Positions 17,652-24,836 of a stretch of DNA of 64,000 nt are shown here, piece after piece (the first letter of the stretch is position 1; every line of letters begins with the position of its first letter). Both the position numbers and the translations under genes were made by a program. The stretch is from positions 14,442 through 78,441 of the forward strand of contig JAQBQT010000027.1 of the NCBI GenBank assembly GCA_028286835.1, read 5' to 3'. Under the pieces are notes generated by a model that was not told the origin of the DNA, did no database searches, and saw only the letters and a list, made by a program, of their open reading frames with translations. This DNA comes from Candidatus Parcubacteria bacterium. Lineage in GTDB: Bacteria; Patescibacteriota; Minisyncoccia; Phycocordibacterales; PALSA-1337.

Positions 17652-18782
17652 CTATCCTTTTAGGGCCAGATCAGCCTCGCTCAGCTTCACCGGTATGAAG
17701 AGCCGAGTATTCTGATTCATGGTACCCGCGGCTATTTCCAATCGAGGCATCTTGAATGCATGATCAAGCTTCTTAAGCCTGTCCAACTCTTCCTTGACGA
17801 CGTTGTGCAGGAAGTTGGCACGTGAACGGGCCTCGAATTCTGCGCGCTTGCGCTGCGGACCTGTCTCGTCGCGAAAAACTGAAGAAGCCACCAAAAGAAG
17901 ACCGTCTCCTTTGGATATCTTTCCTTGCTTCAGATTTGAAAACAGAATGCTGCACGCTACTTGTATGTGCTTGGCCTTTCCGTCATTGAAGGGACCGACA
18001 ATGAGCATCTGATTCGGCTGGTGATGCCAGTCGAACCCTCTACCGTAGCCGAGGATATTTTCTTTATGGTCGATATCCGCTATGGGCCGATTGATCTTGC
18101 GAACTTCAGCGATATGCCTGACGTTGCCGACGCAGAGCGGAATGAGGCTTTCGATCTTGTCCCGGGTCATGTCCGGATACAATTCCTCTAGCTTCATACG
18201 CAGAGATATGGGGTCTTCAGTGCCGACTTCCGACAAGTCCAGCTTCTTTCCATTGTTGCCATGGAATACCAGCGAATCCTCGTCAGTTTCGATGCCGACT
18301 TGAATGGGATGAACTATTCCATGATCGGCGCCAAATATGTCCTCGATGTCGCGAACAGTACCCTGCGTGTAGGAACGAGCCGCTTTGACATCGCAGCTGA
18401 AACCTTTGCATCCACGGTGGGCAGGATCGCCTTTTGACCAATGATAGGTCACGAGGACGATCGAGCCTGACCGGCCGCTCTCAATGCCGTGATTGATCCA
18501 TTCGGCTAGCACCGCTCCAAACTCGCTTCCGAGGTCGAATTTGCCGCCCAGATCCCGGTATGGCTGAATGATGCCAAGGGGCGTCTGTGTCATGACAGCC
18601 ATGTTGATGCGGCCATCCATGCACTTAAGAGCTGCTATCTGGGCCGTATACGTCTTCCGGTACTGGCGCCTCAAGAGCGTCTGCCCAGGTTCCGTGTATT
18701 TGTTGCTCTGTTCCCGATTGTATTTCAGGAACGAGGTGCTGATCGAATGTGATGTAGGCATAAGGATAAAGTTGCGGTTCAA
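17652..18782 (-). CDS. hypothetical protein with weak beta-carbonic-anhydrase-like motifs
   Basis: The 376-aa ORF contains CMDGR, then G-x6-R-x2-G, then HRGCKG, which loosely recalls the CxDxR...HxxCG zinc ligands of beta-carbonic anhydrase. The functional call is weak. Confidence 0.5.
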   Translation of the reverse strand: MNRNFILMPTSHSISTSFLKYNREQSNKYTEPGQTLLRRQYRKTYTAQIAALKCMDGRINMAVMTQTPLGIIQPYRDLGGKFDLGSEFGAVLAEWINHGIESGRSGSIVLVTYHWSKGDPAHRGCKGFSCDVKAARSYTQGTVRDIEDIFGADHGIVHPIQVGIETDEDSLVFHGNNGKKLDLSEVGTEDPISLRMKLEELYPDMTRDKIESLIPLCVGNVRHIAEVRKINRPIADIDHKENILGYGRGFDWHHQPNQMLIVGPFNDGKAKHIQVACSILFSNLKQGKISKGDGLLLVASSVFRDETGPQRKRAEFEARSRANFLHNVVKEELDRLKKLDHAFKMPRLEIAAGTMNQNTRLFIPVKLSEADLALKG

Positions 18783-18911
18783 AATGTGCTATTTCTGTTT
18801 TTCCTCCGGTTTGGGGGAAGAAATCAATATAGCCTCATAGCGGCCGGTTCGTCAATACAAAAAGTGACTCTAAATCTTAAACTGCGCGCAGGAAACAGCC
18901 TGTATTATCAG

Positions 18912-18940
18912 TTGACATTAACTAAACAAGATGATACAGT
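18912..18940 (+). promoter_or_regulatory. putative sigma-70 promoter
   Basis: A perfect TTGACA hexamer at 18912-18917 is followed by a 17-nt spacer and TACAGT at 18935-18940. This is followed by the Shine-Dalgarno sequence AAAGGAGG and the ATG at 18967. Confidence 0.35.
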
Positions 18941-18966
18941 ATATAAATAAAGGAGGCTGTTCATTT

Positions 18967-19185
18967 ATGGAAGACCCAGTTAACGTTATCTTATGTTTCA
19001 TCGGTATCTTCGTGTGGCCCGGTATGACGCTTTGCTTCATCCTCTGGTCACTCGGACATCCGATTCTTGGAATTATAGCTCTCTTCTCAGTCGAAGCTAC
19101 GACCAAGATCCGGAAAGTCGTGAAGGAAAAATTCATTGACTCAAATACTGGACAGATTGTGAAAGAAACTGAAAGTGAAGAATGA
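18967..19185 (+). CDS. small membrane protein, hypothetical
   Basis: The 72-aa product begins MEDPVNVILCFIGIFVWPGMTLCFILWSLGHPILGIIALF, giving two predicted transmembrane helices. A strong Shine-Dalgarno sequence (AAAGGAGG) lies 8 nt upstream. The ORF track shows a longer 84-aa form starting at 18931. Confidence 0.55.
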   Translation: MEDPVNVILCFIGIFVWPGMTLCFILWSLGHPILGIIALFSVEATTKIRKVVKEKFIDSNTGQIVKETESEE

Positions 19186-19200
19186 TTCCTAATTCAAGTC

Positions 19201-19236
19201 CAGACCCCACCGCTTCGGCGATGGGGTCTGTTTTTT
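19201..19236 (+). terminator. rho-independent terminator
   Basis: A 9-bp stem CAGACCCCA/TGGGGTCTG with a 12-nt loop is followed by TTTTTT. It lies directly after the small plus-strand ORF. Confidence 0.6.
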
Positions 19237-20332
19237 AAATCTTAAATTCTATAACCTCCCCATCCTTCACGATGTATTCCTTGCCTTCGGTGCGGAGCAG
19301 GCCCTTCTCGCGTGCTGCAGCGTAGGAGCCAGCTTCCAAAAGCTCTTTCCAGCCTATGACTTCGGCACGCACGAATTTGTCCTTGAAATCGCCATGAATG
19401 GCAGTACCGGCCATCGGCGCAGTCCAGCCTCGCTCTATGGTCCAGCCGCGGGTCTCGTCTTCACCGGTCGTGAAATAGGTGATGAGTCCGAGCATCTCAT
19501 AGCTCGCGCGGATGAGATTGTCTATGCCATCGTCTTTGGCGCCCATGCCTTCGCGCATCTCCTTTTTCTCCACGTCGTTCATATCCTTGAGATCATGCTC
19601 GAAGCCGGCGTCCACCGCGACCCATGTCGCACCGCTCTCTTTCATGAATGCCATAAGCGCATTCCAGCGCTCGTCCTTGAGCTCGTCGAGATTCACACCG
19701 CCTGACTTTTTGTTCAGAACGTAAAGGATCTTCTTGGAAGTAAGAAGCTGCATCTGCTTCAGGAGCGGCGCTTCGTATTCATCGGCAGCCACTGTCGAGG
19801 CGAGCTTCCCTGCTTCAAGCGCAGTCTTCGCACGCTCCAGAACCCCGGCCTCTATCTTTGCTTCCTTCTTGCCGGCCTTCACTTCCTTGGCGAGGTTGCC
19901 AAGGCGCTTCGTGACCGTGTCCGTATCGGCGAGAATGAGCTCGAGATTGATGACCTCGATATCCTTGAGCGGATCGATCTTGTTATTGACGTGAATGATA
20001 TCCGCGTCCTCGAATATGCGCACGACTTCGGCGATCGCGTCGGTCTCGCGGATATTCGAAAGGAACTTGTTGCCGAGGCCTTCGCCGTCTGAGGCGCCTT
20101 TCACCAGGCCTGCAATGTCTACGAATTCGACTGCGGCAGGCACTGTCTTTGCTGACTTCGAGAATTCAGAGAGCTTCCAGAGGCGCGGGTCAGGAACGGC
20201 CACGACGCCGACCGACGGATCGATGGTTGCGAAGGGATAGTTGGCCACCAGCACGCTCTTTCTTGTGAGCGCGTTAAAGAGCGTGGACTTGCCCACGTTC
20301 GGGAGGCCGACGATGCCGATGGAGAGAGACAT
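19235..20332 (-). CDS. ychF: ribosome-binding ATPase YchF (Obg-family GTPase)
   Basis: The G1 motif GLPNVGKST, the pattern NYPFATIDPSVGVV, and the C-terminal TGS domain are present. The product is 365 aa. Confidence 0.9.
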   Translation of the reverse strand: MSLSIGIVGLPNVGKSTLFNALTRKSVLVANYPFATIDPSVGVVAVPDPRLWKLSEFSKSAKTVPAAVEFVDIAGLVKGASDGEGLGNKFLSNIRETDAIAEVVRIFEDADIIHVNNKIDPLKDIEVINLELILADTDTVTKRLGNLAKEVKAGKKEAKIEAGVLERAKTALEAGKLASTVAADEYEAPLLKQMQLLTSKKILYVLNKKSGGVNLDELKDERWNALMAFMKESGATWVAVDAGFEHDLKDMNDVEKKEMREGMGAKDDGIDNLIRASYEMLGLITYFTTGEDETRGWTIERGWTAPMAGTAIHGDFKDKFVRAEVIGWKELLEAGSYAAAREKGLLRTEGKEYIVKDGEVIEFKI

Positions 20333-20385
20333 GCGAATCAGAGTACAGGAAAATCCCGGTAATCACAAATCTGGCCACTATCCTA

Positions 20386-20414
20386 TTGACATTTAACTCA
20401 ATATGGTGTATAAA
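20386..20414 (+). promoter_or_regulatory. putative sigma-70 promoter
   Basis: TTGACA at 20386-20391 is followed by a 17-nt spacer and TATAAA at 20409-20414. It lies about 50 nt upstream of the 20467 ATG. Confidence 0.45.
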
Positions 20415-20466
20415 GCTCAGCAGCCAGTAAACCTATAAACCGATAGCTCTTGCAAAACCAATACAA

Positions 20467-20787
20467 ATGAATATTCTGATCGCCAGTCCCGATGCCGTCT
20501 TTCGCAACAACGCTTACCGAACGTTCAGGGACACAGATAATGAGGTGTCTCTAATGTGCAGGATGTCTGAAGCTCTGAAAATGCTTTCAGTGCAAAGAGA
20601 AGAATATGACGTAGTCGTCTTAGACATACGCGAGCCGATCACGCAGCCGTATGAGTTTCTTTTCCTGTACGTTTTTGACGGCCGCGTTACGAATCCTCGG
20701 CTCGTGCTTATCGAGCCCCGGAATGTATTCTCAATGGAAATGCTCAGAAAATCAGTGCTGCAGCCTGATCAGCTGGTTCCAGCATAA
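20467..20787 (+). CDS. small receiver-domain-like protein (degenerate CheY-like), hypothetical
   Basis: The 106-aa product carries a DVVVLDI segment resembling the receiver phosphoacceptor region. It lacks the N-terminal acidic pair and clear T/K positions. Confidence 0.4.
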   Translation: MNILIASPDAVFRNNAYRTFRDTDNEVSLMCRMSEALKMLSVQREEYDVVVLDIREPITQPYEFLFLYVFDGRVTNPRLVLIEPRNVFSMEMLRKSVLQPDQLVPA

Positions 20788-20845
20788 TAATTCTGAGTCT
20801 TTAATCACAGCCGCCCCTCAAGGTCGGCTTTTTTGTTGCCTCTTA

Positions 20846-22294
20846 TTACAGCACTTCCCTGGCGCCTTTCTCGTATCGCGTGAGCGGCACGTTCTTCCAG
20901 GATTTGATGACGGCTTCGATGAATTTCCATGAAGCCATGATCTCCTCGGTCGAGGCAAACAATGTCTGATCTCCTACGAATGCGTCATGAATGAGCCGTT
21001 CATAATCGTTCGGCATGATGACCCAGCCCGGAGTCGCCTGCTCGGAATATTTGAACTTGAGGGTCTTCGGCTCCACATTGAATTCAAGCCCCGGCGTCTT
21101 CACAAAGAATTTTATCTTGATGCCCTCGTCAGGCTGAATGCGGAACGTAAGGATGTTCTGGCTTTCTTCTGCTCGTGCTGGATCGGCTGAGGATGTTGGC
21201 GCCTTCTTGTCGCTCTTGAAATAGACATCGATCTCGGTTTTTGATTCCGACAAAGCCTTGCCGCTCTCGAGGTAGAACGGGACGCCCTTCCATCGCTTTG
21301 AATTGACGAGTGATTTGATGCGGAAATATGTTTCGGTCTGCGAATCCTTTGGTACGTTCTCTTCGTTCGTGTAACCGATGTATTGGCCGCGGATCGTGCA
21401 TTCCTTCAGGCTCTTGCCCGAAGCGGCCTTGAGCTTGCCCAGCACCGCAGCACGCTCCTTGCGGATGGCTTCGGCCACGAATGATTTTGGTTTGTCCATG
21501 CAGACAGTAGCGAGCATCATGAGAACATGGTTCTGCCCCACGTCCTTCAGTGCGCCGATCGGATCATATGAATCCCCTCGGCCGCTGATGTCGCCCTGTT
21601 CGAATATCTTGACGTGCACCTTGTCGATGAATTCGCGGCGCCAGATCGGCTCGAAGAGCGAATTGCTGAAGCGGAACGCGATGATGTTCTGCAGTGATTC
21701 CTTGGCGAGATAATGATCGATGCGGAAAATCTGCTTCTCCTTGAAGAGCTTTGCTAAGAGCTTGTCGAGAGACTGCGCGGTGTCGAGGTCGCGGCCGAAC
21801 GGCTTCTCGATGAGGACACGCGTCCACCCTGTGTCATCAGCGCACGGCTCTGTCAATCCGGATGCAGCGAGGTTGTTCAAAATGCCTTCGTAGAGGGATG
21901 GGGGCACCGAGAGATGAAAAAGCTTGTTCGAGCACTGGCCCCATCTGCGATCTATGTCTGTAATGCGCTCGGAAAGCCTCACGTATCCCGCCCGGTCGCC
22001 AAATATTCCCTGCTCATATGACATATGATCGAGAAAGTGCTTGATGTCCTCTTCCTTGAATTGGCCGGGCTTCACATTCATGTGCGTGCGGATGAGCTCG
22101 CGGAATTCCTCGCGGGAGAATGGGCGGCGGGAAAATCCGATGATGGCGAAGCGCTGAGGGAGCATCTTCTTGGCATACAGGCTTAGGAGGGCCGGAATGA
22201 GCTTGCGCGCGGCAAGGTCTCCGGTGATGCCGAAGATGACGAAGATAGTCGGATGAAGCGCCGCTCTGGCGGCTTGGGATTGGTTCTCTTCCAT
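20846..22294 (-). CDS. zwf: glucose-6-phosphate 1-dehydrogenase
   Basis: The NADP-binding N-terminus (FVIFGITGDLAARKLIPAL) and the active-site RIDHYLAKE motif are present. The product is 482 aa. Confidence 0.9.
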   Translation of the reverse strand: MEENQSQAARAALHPTIFVIFGITGDLAARKLIPALLSLYAKKMLPQRFAIIGFSRRPFSREEFRELIRTHMNVKPGQFKEEDIKHFLDHMSYEQGIFGDRAGYVRLSERITDIDRRWGQCSNKLFHLSVPPSLYEGILNNLAASGLTEPCADDTGWTRVLIEKPFGRDLDTAQSLDKLLAKLFKEKQIFRIDHYLAKESLQNIIAFRFSNSLFEPIWRREFIDKVHVKIFEQGDISGRGDSYDPIGALKDVGQNHVLMMLATVCMDKPKSFVAEAIRKERAAVLGKLKAASGKSLKECTIRGQYIGYTNEENVPKDSQTETYFRIKSLVNSKRWKGVPFYLESGKALSESKTEIDVYFKSDKKAPTSSADPARAEESQNILTFRIQPDEGIKIKFFVKTPGLEFNVEPKTLKFKYSEQATPGWVIMPNDYERLIHDAFVGDQTLFASTEEIMASWKFIEAVIKSWKNVPLTRYEKGAREVL

Positions 22295-22350
22295 GGGCGG
22301 TATTGTACTATTCGGCGGCCGAATTTACTAATCTAGGGATCTAAAAAGGC

Positions 22351-22560
22351 CTAAAAATCTTCGCCCCACTCGACCCACCACGGATAGACAGTGCTTGCGA
22401 CCCAGACGCACGGCAGGATCACGACCGAGAGAAGCGCCCAGGTGATGAATTTCAGGATGGTCGGGATGACCGAAAGGATGGCGGTGACCATTTCCCAGAT
22501 AAGATCGAATATTTCCCCTATTGCGTGTTCGAATTGCTCCATATGCGGATATGATACCAC
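22351..22560 (-). CDS. small membrane protein, hypothetical
   Basis: The 69-aa ORF contains two hydrophobic helices. It ends 7 nt before tRNA-Val. Confidence 0.4.
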   Translation of the reverse strand: MVSYPHMEQFEHAIGEIFDLIWEMVTAILSVIPTILKFITWALLSVVILPCVWVASTVYPWWVEWGEDF

Positions 22561-22566
22561 GGTTTG

Positions 22567-22640
22567 TGCACCCTGCAGGGCTCGAACCTGCGACCTCGCC
22601 CGTGTGAAGGGCGCGCTCTAGCCAACTGAGCTAAGGGTGC
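22567..22640 (-). tRNA. tRNA-Val (anticodon CAC)
   Basis: A manual cloverleaf can be drawn: acceptor stem GCACCCT/AGGGTGC, anticodon stem CGCCC/GGGCG with loop TTCACAC, and T arm GCAGG-TTCGAGC-CCTGC. No CCA is encoded. Confidence 0.85.
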
Positions 22641-22729
22641 GGTGAAAACAGCTTACGGCATTTTTGAATATTCCTCAAATCATGCTAGATTGTAGTGCGT
22701 CCGAATAGCGAGGATCGCGATCAGCTTTC

Positions 22730-22802
22730 GGGCCATTAGCTCATCTGGTAGAGCGCACCCATGGCATGGGTGAGGTGGCCGGTTCGAGTCCGGCATGGTC
22801 CA
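22730..22802 (+). tRNA. tRNA-Ala (anticodon GGC)
   Basis: The acceptor stem GGGCCAT/ATGGTCC carries the G3:U70 alanine identity pair. The anticodon loop is ATGGCAT. The T loop is TTCGAGT. Confidence 0.85.
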
Positions 22803-22864
22803 CACATAGAATGGGAAAGTTCCTCTGGCGAATCAGGACTGGAATGTGGTATCGTAGCTCACAT

Positions 22865-22935
22865 CGGGGCGTAGTATAGTGGTAGTATACACGCTTCGGG
22901 TGCGTGAGGTCCGAGTCCGATTCTCGGCGCCCCGA
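22865..22935 (+). tRNA. tRNA-Pro (anticodon CGG)
   Basis: The acceptor stem is CGGGGCG/CGCCCCG. The anticodon stem CACGC/GCGTG closes loop TTCGGGT, which has G37. The T arm is CCGAG-TCCGATT-CTCGG. Confidence 0.75.
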
Positions 22936-22976
22936 CATGAATTTATTCCGCCGATGTGCACTCGATGGCGGAGCCA

Positions 22977-23047
22977 GGGCCTATGGTCTAGTGGCATGAC
23001 GTGGCATTCGCATTGCCAAGACCCGAGTTCGATTCTCGGTAGGTCCA
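22977..23047 (+). tRNA. tRNA-Ala (anticodon CGC)
   Basis: The acceptor stem GGGCCTA/TAGGTCC has G3:U70. The anticodon stem TGGCA/TGCCA closes loop TTCGCAT. The T arm is CCGAG-TTCGATT-CTCGG. Confidence 0.8.
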
Positions 23048-23087
23048 CAAAAATAACGACCAAGGGTCGTATATTTTTGTAGGATGT

Positions 23088-23125
23088 CTGGATCGTTTAC
23101 GATCCAGACGCCACAAAGATAGATC
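23088..23125 (+). repeat. tRNA-Ala-linked conserved hairpin element, copy A
   Basis: The sequence is TGTAGGATGTCTGGATCGTTTACGATCCAGACGCCACA, with a perfect 10-bp stem GTCTGGATCG/CGATCCAGAC and loop TTTA. It lies 41 nt downstream of tRNA-Ala(CGC). A near-identical copy lies at 24339-24376. Confidence 0.5.
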
Positions 23126-23136
23126 GTATAAATAAA

Positions 23137-23162
23137 AAGCCGCCCATTTGCATGAGCGGCTT
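23137..23162 (-). terminator. rho-independent terminator for the PEP-CTERM protein gene
   Basis: A 7-bp stem AAGCCGC/GCGGCTT with a 12-nt loop is followed on the minus strand by TTTTTATTTAT. Confidence 0.5.
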
Positions 23163-23183
23163 GAGGTTGAAGCTGTACTGAAA

Positions 23184-24047
23184 CTAACAACTGACTGCGA
23201 CCAACGCTGGCTGCCGGTTGGAACGGATCCTTCTGATAACTACGAAGCCCATAAGGCTGATCGCAGCTAAAAGACCGTACGTCGCCGGCTCGGGAACTGC
23301 GGAGAAACCTCGTGCCTCTCCTGCCCCAGTGACATTCCTAACGTACACTGTATTTTCAAAGCCTTGGTTTTTGATTTCAAGGCTGATCGAAGTGACGTCT
23401 GGAACTTGGGCATCGCTGATGGTATCGATAGTGACTCCGTCTTTTACGAAGGAAACGCCGACACCTTGCTTGTACTTGATCTGCCAATCCGACCAGATGC
23501 TTTGCGGTTCGACATCTTCGGGCCGCGGATTCATGTACGATAGCGAGCCGTGCTCTACTCCGTTTACTTCCATTGTCCATAGCATCTTCTGTGGATCAAT
23601 AGAGGTTCCATTGTGAAGGATGAGCTTCACGCTGTTGCCATCGGCAGTTTGCACCCACATTTCTGCGTCATACGCAATTGGAACAAGATTATTCCCGAAA
23701 GAGACCTTGTCCACGAACATGTTGGTTGGAACGCCGATGCCTGCACCGACGATCCAATCCCCTTTCAGATCCACCAGCTTTGTCCCGCCTTGAAAGTTGG
23801 ACAATTGATTCTGCGGCTGATCCGGGGGAAAGTAATCCCGAGGAAGAGCCTGAAGCTTGAGCATGTTGGTGAGGCCGCCGGTGCTTGGGTCGGGTACTGC
23901 AGCGAACGTAGCAGCAGGACTCACATTCGGAGTCCAGCCGTCGGTATTATCGAATTTGTCCAGGAAGTACCCGTTTGAGGGACCCTGAGCAAACGTTGAA
24001 CTGACAAAGCTGATCGCAAGGATCAGCGAGACTAGTAGTTTATTCAT
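23184..24047 (-). CDS. secreted protein with a C-terminal PEP-CTERM sorting signal
   Basis: The product has an N-terminal signal peptide (MNKLLVSLILAISFVSSTFAQG). The C-terminus is VPEPATYGLLAAISLMGFVVIRRIRSNRQ, which is a PEP motif, then a transmembrane helix, then an Arg-rich tail. The product is 287 aa. Confidence 0.7.
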   Translation of the reverse strand: MNKLLVSLILAISFVSSTFAQGPSNGYFLDKFDNTDGWTPNVSPAATFAAVPDPSTGGLTNMLKLQALPRDYFPPDQPQNQLSNFQGGTKLVDLKGDWIVGAGIGVPTNMFVDKVSFGNNLVPIAYDAEMWVQTADGNSVKLILHNGTSIDPQKMLWTMEVNGVEHGSLSYMNPRPEDVEPQSIWSDWQIKYKQGVGVSFVKDGVTIDTISDAQVPDVTSISLEIKNQGFENTVYVRNVTGAGEARGFSAVPEPATYGLLAAISLMGFVVIRRIRSNRQPALVAVSC

Positions 24048-24225
24048 ATGTTAACGAGCTAAGTGTGAAAGGCTGAGTAGTTTGGAAAGCCAAATTCTTC
24101 TGCCTTGAGTGAGTTATCTGCCATTGAGCATCATATCACAACAAACCATAAAAAGCAAGATACATTGAAAAAACGGCTATAATCATGTATTCTCTCTCAG
24201 TAGCATGTTTTTTCGTCCCTCGTTT

Positions 24226-24298
24226 GGGCCTGTAGCTCATCTGGTAGAGCGCCGCTTTTGCAAAGCGGAGGCACGCGGTTCGAGTCCGCGCAGGTCCA
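24226..24298 (+). tRNA. tRNA-Ala (anticodon UGC)
   Basis: The acceptor stem GGGCCTG/CAGGTCC has G3:U70. The anticodon stem CCGCT/AGCGG closes loop TTTGCAA. The T loop is TTCGAGT. Confidence 0.85.
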
Positions 24299-24338
24299 CA
24301 AAATCAAGGAGCGTAACGACTATAATCTTGTAGGATGT

Positions 24339-24376
24339 CTGGATCGTTTACAATCCAGACGCCACAGATACATACA
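24339..24376 (+). repeat. tRNA-Ala-linked conserved hairpin element, copy B
   Basis: The sequence is TGTAGGATGTCTGGATCGTTTACAATCCAGACGCCACA, matching copy A at 37 of 38 positions. It lies 41 nt downstream of tRNA-Ala(UGC). Confidence 0.5.
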
Positions 24377-24392
24377 TATATCTAAATAAAAA

Positions 24393-24414
24393 ACGCAGCC
24401 TTTAGGGGCTGCGT
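24393..24414 (-). terminator. rho-independent terminator for the 24435-24806 gene
   Basis: An 8-bp stem ACGCAGCC/GGCTGCGT with a 6-nt loop is followed on the minus strand by TTTTTTATTTAG. Confidence 0.5.
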
Positions 24415-24434
24415 CGTGTTTGTGAGCACATAGT

Positions 24435-24806
24435 TCAGGAAGGCCTGGGAGATGCTGAATCCAGGGACTGCTTGAGAATGTTGTTATGCACCACATCGAG
24501 CACTTTGCTCGGAGGCGGGAACATGACTCGCTCATGCTTCTCGTTCTTTACAACGGGAAGCTCTTGCTTGGCCTCAGATGTCTGCCCCATGGGCGCGGCA
24601 TCCGAAGCCTTGCCTTTTGGTTTTCCTTTCATAAATGACAGGACTGGGATGAGGGCGCTGAGAGCCAGTGCGAGGAAGCAGGTGACGGCTCCGGCAAGTT
24701 TTGGAATGTACTTCTGTTCTTTTTTCAAGTGCGTACGGTGTTTGTAGTTTTTGTGCTTCGATCCCAACCGCGGGACCGACCTGGAAACATCATACCATCT
24801 TACCAC
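24435..24806 (-). CDS. small membrane protein, hypothetical
   Basis: The 123-aa ORF has a basic N-terminus followed by one transmembrane helix (LAGAVTCFLALALSALIPVLSF). Confidence 0.45.
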   Translation of the reverse strand: MVRWYDVSRSVPRLGSKHKNYKHRTHLKKEQKYIPKLAGAVTCFLALALSALIPVLSFMKGKPKGKASDAAPMGQTSEAKQELPVVKNEKHERVMFPPPSKVLDVVHNNILKQSLDSASPRPS

Positions 24807-24836
24807 TTAACTTGTCAAGTTAAGTAAAACGTTGTC

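Noticed and set aside
22741-23190. Several short ORFs of 65-76 aa on both strands.
   Set aside because: They overlap the tRNA-Ala, tRNA-Pro and tRNA-Ala genes. They are artefacts of the GC-rich tRNA sequences.
22560-24420. A CRISPR array, suggested by the repeated hairpin sequences.
   Set aside because: There are only two copies. They are 1.25 kb apart and separated by a protein-coding gene. There are no regularly spaced repeat-spacer units and no cas genes. It was treated as a tRNA-linked repeat instead.
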